Positions 49,801 to 59,498 of a stretch of DNA of 64,000 bases are shown here, piece by piece; position 1 is the first letter of the stretch, and each line of letters begins with the position of its first letter. The notes under the pieces were generated by a model. That model did no database searches and was not told the DNA's origin. It was given only the letters and a program-made list of their open reading frames with translations. The position numbers and the translations under genes are program-made. Location of the stretch: contig JBHGNT010000018.1 in NCBI GenBank assembly GCA_043228905.1, forward strand, positions 14,508,001-14,572,000, given 5' to 3'. The DNA is from Azolla caroliniana (taxonomy: Eukaryota > Plantae > Polypodiophyta).

Positions 49801-52714
49801 TATCTTCCGGCTTCATTTCTTTGGCGATGTGAACCGGCTTTGATTCGCCCTTGCTTCCTAGGTTCACTTCGTCGAGCTGGGATGCTTTTACCCGTTGGGA
49901 AACGGCCATTTCCCGTTCCAATGCTTCCTGTGCTTGCCGTAATTCCCGAATCGCATCTTTGTCTGGTTCGGCTTCGGTGTCGTCGTCCCGCTGCGGCAAG
50001 TATGCGGCTACGGCTTCAGCTACATCAATCTCGAAGAGTGGTACGATCCTCGGATGTTCCTCCAAGTACTGGGCTTCTTCGTCGTCTGCCAATCCTTCAA
50101 GCATGTTCACACATTCCGCATACAGCGGTGTGCATTCCTTACCGTTGCTCGTCCGTGGTTGTGTCGGTACCCGGACCTTGGCTTTTCCGCGCCGGAAGGT
50201 AATCATATTTTTTCGCCAATTTTGCTTGATGTGTGCTGTTTTCAACCATGGTCTGCCCAGCAATAGTGGGTACGCGCCTTGCGCCTGTAGCTGCAGCACG
50301 ACAGCCGAGATGTGAAATGTGTGGCCTCCTATGGTGACTTCCAATTTCCGTATTAAGCCCGTCGGCCGCACCGAGCTCGTATCCGCCATCCGTAGCCAGA
50401 ACGGGCATGGCTCCCATTCATGTATACCCAAGGCATCACACGTACGGAGGCTTATTACGTTCACCCCGGAACCTCCATCGATTACGGTGCCGGGAAGTTC
50501 GTGCCCTTTGACAATAGCTGTAATCACCGGACTGCTAGTGTCCACTACCGTTGGTCCCTCCTCCGGGTTTGAGAAGAGGACTGGTGCCGGTGGGGCTATG
50601 CCGTCTGACATGCCCGTTTTTAGCCCTTCCGTAAATCGCGGCACGAGCTGTAAGAGTCTTCCTAGCGGCAACGTGATCTGACATTCTTGCAGTGCTTGCC
50701 ATGTCTCGTTTTCTGGGTGTCTACCGCCGGCACTCCCTATGCTATTTGCCTTTTGCCGTTCCGCGTCAGCGACGTTCTTTTCATTGGCTTCCTTCACCCA
50801 TTCCGTCGCTTGTTTTCGTATGACCTCTTGTGTTTCCCACTCTTTGGCCATGCCCCTCGACCGTGTGGTTACTTGCTGTAAATCCGCCACTTCTGGAACC
50901 ACCATATTAACTGCTGGTCGTTTCTCGTAGCTCTTTACCGGGCACTGGTTACTGTAGTGGCCTTCCTGCCTGCAGTAGTAGCAGTACTCTTTACGGGTAT
51001 TGCTGGATTCAGCATTGCTGGTAGCCGGCGTTGGTCCCGTAGCGAGCGGTGCGTTCTGTGCCGGTTGGCTCCTTGGTGTTCCATGTTCCGGGTCCCTGGG
51101 GTGACCACCTTTCTTGAAATTACGTTTCTTATTATTCTTATTCTTATTTCGGTAGTCCGGTCGTGGTGGATCGTAAAATCGGCCATAGTCCTCCTGGTGC
51201 CGTCGGTAACTAGGCGAATGGTCTCTGTCGTATTGCTCGTGTCGTCTGTTGGGCTCCCGATAACGGTCCGATCGCTCGTACCGGTCGTAGTTATCACGCC
51301 GATTCCCGTACCGGCCATCATTCTCTTGCCTGTCTCCGTACCGGACATCTTGTGCCGGTGGGTACCGGTTCCCTCTTTGCCAACGATCGTCATCTTCGTC
51401 TCGGCTGCTTCTTGGCTCGATCCGTCGGACGGGTGGTGCTTGTCGATTTAACAGGTTGTACTCGCACCGGTCCGTTGTATGACTCTTGGATTGACAAATC
51501 ACACACTGAGTGCGCATGGTGCACTCTACTGCCGAGTGTCCGGCATTCAAGCAGATTGTGCATTGAATTGCCTGCCGGAACCGGAGATCTTCCTCGGTGG
51601 GTAACGCCCGTTGTAGTGTTCCCAGCGTAAGCCATGAGCTTGTCTTTTCCATTTCCCTGACCCGGTCAATGACCTGATCGATGGTGCATCCTCGAAAGTC
51701 GATCACCGTACACACCGTGCGTAACGGTTCCCGGAGTGCGTTTAAAAATATCGTCCGTAATTCCTCCTCCGGGGGTGCACGAGCAAGCTGGCTATGCATC
51801 CGTTGGAAACGGATGACGAATTGGGGAATGCTTTCCCCTGCCTCCTGCCGGATCGTATAAAACAGGCCCACCATTGTCGTCTGGTCGACTTCCTTGTGGA
51901 AAAAATGCAAGAATTTTGCTTTTAATTCTGCAAATGTTGTGATGGTCGCCGGGTCCTGCGACCGCCGCCATCGTGTCGCTGGTCCCTCCAACGTGACTCC
52001 GAATTCCGCTATCTTCGAGCGTTCTTCTTCCTCCGGTGTCATTCGCTGGGACGTGTGATTTGCTTCCCATGTCTGCTCGAAGTCATCCACATGCGCTTCC
52101 GCATCCGGATCATCGCGGTACTTTGAATATTGGAACGGCATGTCATCGTCCAGTATTAAGCCGCGGTTTAGTGGCGTTTGTTGATATTTTTCCGGTTCTT
52201 TCTCCGGTTCCACTTCCGGTACCTTTGCCGGTCCGTTCGTCGGTGTTGGTGGCTTTGCTTCTTCCACTTCCGGTGTTGGTGGGTTGACGGCTTCCGTTTG
52301 CGGTTCCGGATAGCCCTGGTTGAGCGGTTCCGGTTCTGGAGTCGGCACGGTATCCGACCCGTCGTCTTCCGGGCCGCCGGGGGTATCGTTGCTGCTCCGG
52401 TAGTTCGTGTGCACGCTGTATCCCCCTTCGGAATCTGATTCGTAGGCTGAAAAGGCTTCTGCCTCGTTTTCTCCGCTTGCCAGCGCCTCCAGGAGTCGTT
52501 CGGTTTCCCGGAGACTACTTAGACTGCTTCCGTCGTCCTGGTTGCGAGTTTGCCGTAACCGGAGAGATTCCTCCGCGACTCTCCGGATCTCGTTGGAGAA
52601 CGAACGATCCGAGCGAATTTCCTGCGCTGCTTGCTGGAAAGTCTCACGCCGTCTTTGCCGTTCGGCGATGCGTCGAGCTCGGTCTGTACCCAAGTCGTGC
52701 GTTGGTCTAGTCAT
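46895..52714 (-). CDS. Single-frame Gag-Pol polyprotein, 1939 aa
   Basis: Three CCHC-type knuckles, protease VIDGGSG, RT RVCVDYRKLN...MMFGL...FLDD, RNaseH FVDASD, and integrase HCG..GGHY..CDLC, GLDFVG, ISDQG, GLAE. No chromodomain. Confidence 0.95.
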   Translation of the reverse strand: MTRPTHDLGTDRARRIAERQRRRETFQQAAQEIRSDRSFSNEIRRVAEESLRLRQTRNQDDGSSLSSLRETERLLEALASGENEAEAFSAYESDSEGGYSVHTNYRSSNDTPGGPEDDGSDTVPTPEPEPLNQGYPEPQTEAVNPPTPEVEEAKPPTPTNGPAKVPEVEPEKEPEKYQQTPLNRGLILDDDMPFQYSKYRDDPDAEAHVDDFEQTWEANHTSQRMTPEEEERSKIAEFGVTLEGPATRWRRSQDPATITTFAELKAKFLHFFHKEVDQTTMVGLFYTIRQEAGESIPQFVIRFQRMHSQLARAPPEEELRTIFLNALREPLRTVCTVIDFRGCTIDQVIDRVREMEKTSSWLTLGTLQRALPTEEDLRFRQAIQCTICLNAGHSAVECTMRTQCVICQSKSHTTDRCEYNLLNRQAPPVRRIEPRSSRDEDDDRWQRGNRYPPAQDVRYGDRQENDGRYGNRRDNYDRYERSDRYREPNRRHEQYDRDHSPSYRRHQEDYGRFYDPPRPDYRNKNKNNKKRNFKKGGHPRDPEHGTPRSQPAQNAPLATGPTPATSNAESSNTRKEYCYYCRQEGHYSNQCPVKSYEKRPAVNMVVPEVADLQQVTTRSRGMAKEWETQEVIRKQATEWVKEANEKNVADAERQKANSIGSAGGRHPENETWQALQECQITLPLGRLLQLVPRFTEGLKTGMSDGIAPPAPVLFSNPEEGPTVVDTSSPVITAIVKGHELPGTVIDGGSGVNVISLRTCDALGIHEWEPCPFWLRMADTSSVRPTGLIRKLEVTIGGHTFHISAVVLQLQAQGAYPLLLGRPWLKTAHIKQNWRKNMITFRRGKAKVRVPTQPRTSNGKECTPLYAECVNMLEGLADDEEAQYLEEHPRIVPLFEIDVAEAVAAYLPQRDDDTEAEPDKDAIRELRQAQEALEREMAVSQRVKASQLDEVNLGSKGESKPVHIAKEMKPEDKAAMIKLLTEFRDVFAWSYEDMRGLDPQLYQHQIHLGKDAKPVAQRRYRMNPNYAAKVKEEIDKLLRVGFIRPVKKATWLSPIVVVPKKNGKIRVCVDYRKLNAATITDAFPLPFTDGVLDAVAGHEVYSFLDGFSGYNQIRMHPDDQEKTAFVTEWGVFVAEVMMFGLKTAPATFQRIIMEIFGEYIPAFMQVFLDDFAVYSRGKDHLQHLRLCLEKCRLYRLSLNPAKCIFGVSSGILLGHIVSKEGIAVDPDKVNAILGAPAPKTAKALSRFLGQIRWHSRMLRHLADLATPLHTAVHRTPFQWTETEDKAYNALKVLLSQAPVVQPPDWSKEFHVFVDASDIAIGSALMQLTEPKWYRPVYYASRKLSQAEKNYSTTEREALGMIYSVTKFRHYLLGRKFSFHVDHSALLYLVSKASLTGKLARWTLLLQEFEFEIFHRPGIQHAVADYLSRLESGEPGDGVADEFPDAELFRITPETAADDTVASEDKWLTNMHQFLSTGLPPEEMNRDERKRLAVQSRNFCLLRDTLYHKGADGIWRRAVRSDEKEVILREAHCGVAGGHYAGEATARKVWQSGLWWPTTLKDAVKYAKECDLCQRMGQPTEQARMPHQPVLPLEPFQKWGLDFVGPFKPPAMRTGNRYVIVATDYCTKWVEAKALRDNTASSTTKFLYENIWCRYGCPIELISDQGGHFLGQVVESLTTFYAVVHKRSTPYYPQANGLAESTNKTLQNILRKIVNENRTDWDTKLNSALWAYRTAYKTSIRTTPFRLAFGLEAVMPVEFQVPSLRIQLRERLNEKKSEEMRLAALCELEEQRLASILHMELEQRRRKAFVDRHRKGNEKMFEIGKPVLVFQTRMGKMPGKLRFRWTGPYWLTREYNGSYQIGTLAGEVLGKWVNGFRLKPYKGPMPKNPFMQLTGTTPGTCPGSVRIDPEEKDDGEPVAETKEDTATRKKNGQGPKGPTDV

Positions 52715-52749
52715 CCATTACCGTCGTTCGCTGCGAGTAAGCAGGAATC

Positions 52750-52759
52750 GTGGTCGCCA
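52750..52759 (-). promoter_or_regulatory. Minus-strand PBS, tRNA-Arg(UCG)-type
   Basis: TGGCGACCAC sits 6 nt after the 5' LTR, a 10-nt complement of ...GTGGTCGCCA. Confidence 0.65.
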
Positions 52760-54382
52760 AAACTGTGTTATTCGCTTAGCCGGACAAGGCCTAACACAAG
52801 GTGTCACGGAGACACTTCACCAAAGGGTGATTACGGCATAGGATTAAGATTCAACGATTACACCGACTTACGTAGGTTACACGATTAGATTGCTTGGTTA
52901 ATTACACGCGTAAGATATAACAGTGATTACAGAACGGAAATCAAGACAGAAGTACAAACATCATAAGCTCTATTAATTATCCGCTGTCATTACAATAGGG
53001 TCCGGGCCTTTAAATAGGTTTCCGGCCCGTAGTACAAAACGGTGCCCCTCGCACCTATTCGGGATCCGTCCGGATCTGGAACGGCATACCGTTTCCAGTC
53101 CGTCCGTCCACACTATCCTCATTTACAACCATATATAATTAATTCCGTATTTTGGACTCCTTGCCGGCCGGTAACATTGGTATGCGTATCACTCGTGATA
53201 GGAGTAAGCGATGCATTTACTTGTCTCAAGCTGAGTACATATCGAAAGTGCTAAAGAGGTTTAATATGGAGAATGCAAAGCTGTTGAGCACTCCTTTGCC
53301 TACATATGTAAAACTGAGCACATGTGATTGCCCCACATCTGATGAAAACAAGAAATCTATGTCCAAGGTTCCTTATCAATCCGCAGTCGGAAGTCTTATG
53401 TACGCTATGATAGCGACCAGGCCAGACATTGCTTTCGCAGTGGGAGCTGTGAGCAGATTTATGTCAAATCCTGGTAATAAACATTGGGAGGTAGTTAAAC
53501 TGATTTTAAGATATCTGTGTGGCACTAAGAATAGGTGTCTATGTTTAGGTGGTGGAAATGTATCCAACATTGGATATACAGATTCTGATTATGCTGGCTG
53601 CTCTAACAGCAGAAAATCCACTTCAGGACATATTTTTCAGTTTATGGGAGGTGCGATATCTTGGAGATCTCGTCTCCAAAAATGTACTGCTCTGTCCACT
53701 ACAGAAGCAGAGTATGTCGCAGCTAGTGAAGCTTGTAAGGAAGCCGTATGGCTGTCCAGATTAGCTTGTGACATGGGCATATCTAAGCTTGTACCCATAC
53801 TGTTTTGTGATAGTCAGAGTGCCATTGCACTGGCTAAAAACCCAGTATACCATGCAAAGACCAAGCACATTGGAGTGAGACATCACTTCATTCGAGAATG
53901 CATAGCTGCTGGCTACATCAGTCTTGAGAAAGTTGTTTCTCAAGAAAATGTTGCAGATGCATTGACCAAAGTTCTACCGCATGAAGCACTAGAGCATTGC
54001 TGCCACTTGATGGGGATTACTTAGGTCATGAGATTACACAGTGTTCTTGTAACATACTCATCAAGTAGGATATGTAGGTCTTGTTCAATCTTCCCATCAG
54101 CTTTGTTGATCCCTAGTTTGGCCTTTTAGTGGGAGATTGATAGTAAGAAAAGGCCAAATATGTTATTTCTTACTATTTACGCATAGGTATAAAAACTAAT
54201 AGAAATGAGGGTTTCTAGTGCCCCCAAAAAGTTTTGTGTATTTTTCTTTGTCTGTGTGTTGTTCGACATTTTCTCTACAAGTAAGGAAAAACAGCAGCTC
54301 GCAGCTCGTCCGTCTCCATTGTTCTTCTCCAACACCGATTGTTAGTCATATGTTCAAGTTAGAGCTAAAATAATGAAGCACT

Positions 54383-55686
54383 ATAGATAGATAGATTTTT
54401 AAAGTCCATGGGAGACCAATTGCAATCTATGAGACAAGGGCTAGCCATTGGTGGAATTAGAATTTTTATCGTCCATAAAGAGGACAGTTTTGACTTATGG
54501 GACTAGAGTATACATGTGTTCTTGATATCTATCTCCTTCCTACGAAGGGGTATTCATACATTGAAGCACAAAGTCTTTATACGTGAATAAAGCATACACA
54601 TATGAGCTTAACCTTCTAGGTGGTGTCTTAAGTAAGGGACTTAAGTTATAACTCCCTCTTAGTATGTAAGCATATCTTGAACGAATTGCACTATATGTCG
54701 AGCATGTGAAGAGCAAGTGGCATTCATCCTCTACCATGCCTTCATTGCATACTTTACATGTCTTCAAATTCGTTACATTTTGATACCATGATGCAACTTC
54801 AACACCTAACTTGTGAGAATGAGTGCGAAGCAGTGTAAGGGGTCTATGAGCATTACTACTCATATTGGTAATGAGATAAGGTTAGATACGATCAATAGGC
54901 ATTCTTTCTTTATATTGACATTCACAATGTAATATTCTAGCTTTGTCCTCTTAGCATCTTCCCACTTCATCCTTAATGCTTCCATCAACCTTTCCTCAAT
55001 CATTACATAATGCATAGCATCGCCCAAAATCTCTAAAAGGTCATCCATACCTCATCTTCTAAACCATTTCCTTATGTCAACAACCCAACTGGATGACAGA
55101 AGCAAGATTACACCCAACATTCTTTTGTAGCTTACATCCAACATTCCAAGCAAGATGTGGTAATTGATGATTCAAACACTTGTTTCCAAGAGCATAACCT
55201 GGTAAGAGGTTATATACTCTTTGGAGTGCCAATATTTTTATGGGTCAAACACTTGTTTCCAAGAGCATAACCTGGTAAGAGGTAGTGCATTTAACTCCTA
55301 ATTGCCTCCTTAAAAACATGTTTTGAATTTTCTCAATCTCATTCCATGCATTAAGAGAGATGTTGTCACCCCATACTTCTACTCCATAAAGCAATACTTG
55401 AGTTACCATGGCATTGAACAACATTAGTTTTATTTCCCGTCCACAAGTATCACTTTGGTTGCATTGGTTCTCCAAAAGGTAATACGATTTCAAACCGGCT
55501 TGGAGCCTAGAATCAAAATATGCATTCCTTTTTTTTGTGGCAGGTACATCAATACCAAGATATTTAAAGCTTTGAACAAATTGTATATGTTCATCTCTAT
55601 ATGTGAGCATAAGGTAATGATGAGGTTGGATGGTTTGCACTACCATCATTTTTGTTTTCTTGACATTCACTACTAGTCCACTACTA
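54383..55686 (-). mobile_element. LINE family B, 3' half with 3' UTR and (TCTA)n tail
   Basis: FKYLG, LLYGVEVWG and CKVC...EDECHLLFTC; tail TAGATAGATAGA at ~54384-54395. Confidence 0.88.
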
Positions 55687-56769
55687 TGAACACCGGGACA
55701 TTTGAAACAGGTAATATGTCGCATTTTGAGAACTGTCCATCAAAAAATGACACAAATTAGGGTGATTCACAAAAAGGGGTGCCGCATGCGTAAAGGAATT
55801 TTAAAAATGACCCAAAAATATATTGATTTTTAACATGTACGGAAATTTAGGTGTTCAAAAAAATGCCTAAATAATGGACATGCCAAACTAACAAATGAAT
55901 GTCCAAAATGACTAACCCCAATATTTATAGAAATTCTGAATCCAAATCTTGATGTGCAATACAATATTTATAGTTAACGTATCAGGACAATCATTTTTCA
56001 AGTTTATGTCATCATCTTCATACCCATTAGATGAACTAGTACGAGTTTATGAGGTCTCATCCTCATCATCAATGGCAACTAATGCATTGTGTTGATCCAA
56101 TTGCAATCCAACCTCATCGAGTTTATGAGTCATGCTTCTTGTTTGTCTTTGTGTTGTGTCTGAAGCCACATTCCAGATCCTCTTTTAGTATCTTCATTGT
56201 GGTCTGTCACAGATAACTTGTTTTGGTCAAAGATAAGTCATACACTAATATATAAACATTATCCAATGTAAGAGTAGATGTGCTTGATGTATCTTTCCTC
56301 CTCACTTTTTGGTTATGATATTTCATTATGTACTTTCCATTTACAAGATTAGATTATGTGAGAGAAGCTTTCTACCAAAATCATTAGAATCTAAAAAATG
56401 TCTTAAAGATGTTTTCCATTTTTCTTAGATTCTCATAATAAGCCTTTGATATCGTATAGAAATCCGATTCATTCCATCTAGATTTGACGCAACATGTCGA
56501 ATTTTACTCTATACATCTAGAATTGGATATAATGCATCAGATTCCTGTAAGTCTTGGAATTTTTTTTAAAATTTCCATTAAAAAAATACTCTTGCATTTT
56601 AATGCATTGCATTGAATTCTAGCTACATAGACTAAAATATGATACATTGCATGGATTTCCCGAAAATACATAAATAAATACAAATTGAAAAAATAAAACA
56701 TTTTCCCATAAATAAATAAATAAACATTTTTTATTTTACTCGTAAATAAATAAATAAAAATTGAAAAAT

Positions 56770-58465
56770 TAGATTTCAATGGAAATCCAATTCCGTGCAT
56801 CGGATTCAATTGAAAATCCAATTTCTCTTATTTTTTTGAAAGTTTTGTTTTTATTTTTCCCATAAAAAAAAAAATATATATTGAAAAAATGGATTTTCAA
56901 CGGAAATCCGATGCACTGCATCGGATTTTGGTTGAAAGTCCACTTTTACGTATTTTTTTCCAAATTTGCTTTTTTTTTTTTTTTTTTTGGGAATTTTTTT
57001 AAATTTTTCCCATAAAAAAATAAATAAAAATTGAAAAAATGGATTTTCAACGGAAATCCGATGCACTGCATCGGATTTTGGTTGAAAGTCCACTTTTATG
57101 TATTTTTTTCCAAATTTTCTTTTTTTTTTTTTGAATTTTTGAATTTTTTTGAATTTTTTCTATAAAAAATAAATAAATATTGAAAAAATAGATTTTCAAT
57201 CCAAATTTTCATAGTTTTTAGAGTTTTTTTGGTATTTTGTTTGTCTATTTTCTCATAAATAACTATATAGAAATTGAAAAAATGAATTTTCAAAGGAAAT
57301 CCGATGCAATGCATCGGATTTCTATTGAAAGTACACTTTTTGCTATTTGTTACCAAATTTTCATATTTTAAAATATCTTTTTGTATTTTTTAAATTTTTT
57401 TTCATTTTTTCCCATAAATAAATAAATAAAAATTGCAAAAAATGGGTTTTCAACAGAAATCCGATGCACTACATTGGATTTCTATTGAAAATCCATTTTT
57501 TCTTATTTGTTTCCAATTTTTCAGATATTTTGAATTTGTTTTTGTATTTGTTTTGAATTGTTTTTGTTTTTATCATAAATAAATATATAGGAATTGAAAA
57601 AAATGGATTTTCAACGGGAATCCGATGCACTGCATTGGATTTCCATTGAAAGTCCACTTTTTCTTGTTTGTTTACAAATTTTCTTATTTGTTTATATTTT
57701 TCTCTAAAAAAGTGTTAAAAATAAACAAATTGTAATTTTTTCCATTTAAAATGATGTGTTTTCAACGGGAATCCGATGCAGTGCATCGGATTCCTGTTGA
57801 AAACACATCATTTTCAACAGGATTTTCAATGGAAATCCGATGCACTGCATCGGATTTCCGTTGAAAGTCCAATATTTTTCTTATGTTTTTTCATAAAACA
57901 TTAATTTGCAATTGAAATCCGACTCAATGGTTCAGATTTTGTTGAAAATGTAATATTTTTTTATTATCTCATTGTTTTATGAAAAACCTAAAAGAAATTT
58001 GGATTTTTAATTGAAATTCGATGTAGTGCATTAGATTTCAGTTGGAAATCCACTTTTTTAATATATTTTTATTTATTTTTTGAAAAAATGAAAAACAATT
58101 GAAAAGAAAGAGGATTGCCAGCTAAAATCTGATGCAATGCATCAATGTCTAGCTGTATAGACTACGATCTGATGTAGTGTATCGGATTTCAGTTGAAAAG
58201 CCGTTTATTATTATTTTATATGGAAAATAAATAAATAAATAACATTGGAAAAAGAAAAAAGAAAAATGGATTTTCAACTCTAATCCAACGCATTGCATTA
58301 GATTCTAGCTATATATACTAAAATATAATGTAGTGCATAGTATTTTAGCTGAAAATCCATTTTTTATTTTTTAATGGAAAAAATTTTAAAAATTACAAAA
58401 AAAAAAAACTTGGATTTTCAACTGAAATCTAGTGCATCGCATTGGATTCCAATTAAAAATCCAAG
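56770..58465. repeat. Array of ~15 palindromic units TTTCAAC-GG-AAATCCGATGCA(C/G)TGCATCGGATTT-..-GTTGAAA in AT-rich spacers, inside a ~3.8-kb insertion (55687-59498) splitting the LINE
   Basis: Clear units at ~56893, 57043, 57287, 57447, 57607, 57760, 57824, 58003 and 58415, with more degenerate ones between. Confidence 0.85.
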
Positions 58466-59498
58466 ATTTTTTATTTTTTCAAATTTTATTGTTTCAAAAT
58501 TTCAATGGGTTTTAGATTAGTTTTCTGACACAGGTATATAATATAAAACTTACATCAATTTAGATTAACGTTATATTCTATTCTTCAGTTTGATGTTACC
58601 TGTGCAATTTCATTCTACTGTCATTTACTACTAAAACATACGCCTTAAAGATTATCAGGAACTCTGTTGCATTAGAGAAGGACCTTGAGCAAGTTAATGT
58701 CATCAAAATGAGGATCCAAGGTATCTGGGGTTGTCCTGATCAAGACCAAGAAGTTGGGGCAAAGCATATCAATAAAACTTAGATGTTCCAGATGACTTTT
58801 AGAAAACTTGTGGAACTATAGATGAAGATGCAGGGCAACTTGTTGAATTAGAAGACGTTTCAGAGTCTAAACATACTAACAATTCAACTTAGCGTACTGA
58901 CGAAGCCAATGAGGACAATCCTGATGAAAGAGCTAATCCTGAGTAGACGGCTTTACCAGACTTATTATTCAATTGAATGGTTATGGCTTATTGTAAATTT
59001 TGAACAATATGAATTGTTAAATTTTGACGTAATATATAAGTTGAGCTTACTTATAATTTTCGTGTAACAATCATTGAACTTAGAAATTAAGTATACTTGT
59101 ATGTGTACATGTTATCTAAACTCTCCTTTATCATTTGGGGTATATCGGAGATAAGTTTATACTCTATCATTTACTCGTATGATTGGAATGTTATTGTAGA
59201 CTAGTTTATTTATACATTGACAGTGTCATGTATCACGTGTCAATGGAAATTTTCTCTTGACATAGTAGTATCTCTTAATTGCAAGGTTCACAATTTGCTT
59301 TAAGATGTATTATATTTAAATATACACACATAATTAGAAGAAGTCACTCATTCAATGGGGCATGCTTTTTAGAATATGCACAAGGACCCGTGTTACTATT
59401 ATACTTGTGTTGACAAATACACCCCTGTCTAAGATTTGGACAAAAACATGGTAGATAGAATATACGTCGGATGATTTTGTTGACGTGATATTAGTTAG

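Larger units (their letters stand above)
43367..53176 (-). mobile_element. Young, intact non-chromoviral Ty3/Gypsy element with an extra 3' ORF and no PPT
   Basis: 411-bp LTRs at 43367-43777 and 52766-53176 show no difference I could find. The TSD TTGGT is perfect, TATA-like TATTTAAA lies on the minus strand, and both ORFs are uninterrupted. Confidence 0.97.
40061..54024 (+). pseudogene. Copia gag-pol (40061-43366 plus 53182-54024), with a stop at 42236-42238 and the Gypsy insertion in RT
   Basis: Motifs CYYCHKKGHLKKDC, WLLDSSAS, WHGRLGH, LRSDNGGEY, SLYGLKQ, YVDD, HILG|MRITRDR, YTDSDYAG and TEAEY. Confidence 0.92.
39375..54334 (+). mobile_element. Full-length Ty1/Copia element with a nested Gypsy
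   Basis: 197-bp LTRs at 39375-39571 and 54138-54334 differ by ~7 transitions. TSD is TCGAT/CCGAT, the PBS TGGTATCAGAGC (tRNA-iMet) starts at 39573, and the PPT is AGTGGGAGAT. Confidence 0.95.
38949..54344. mobile_element. hAT-type MITE (~430 bp) whose right TIR is split by the Copia insertion
   Basis: Left TIR TAATAATTGGCAACGGTTCGGTT; reconstituted right end AACCGAACCGTTG[T/C]CGATTGTTA. The 8-bp TSD GTCATATG lies at 38941-38948 and 54345-54352, and AACCG repeats fill the interior. Confidence 0.85.

Noticed and set aside
43367-53176. Reading the Gypsy as a plus-strand element with the PBS at 43780 and antisense ORFs
   Set aside because: There is no PPT before the right LTR either, and the TATA-like box, both ORFs and a second PBS all point to the minus strand. 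This is not formally excluded without RNA data.
56770-58465. CRISPR-like array of palindromic repeats
   Set aside because: Eukaryotic context, degenerate repeats, spacers that are variable-length, AT-rich and similar to each other, and no cas genes.
55679-59270. CACTA termini (CACTACTATG ... CATAGTAGTA) around the palindrome array
   Set aside because: CACTACTA belongs to the LINE itself (compare ~4548), the right end is imperfect, and no 3-bp TSD was found.
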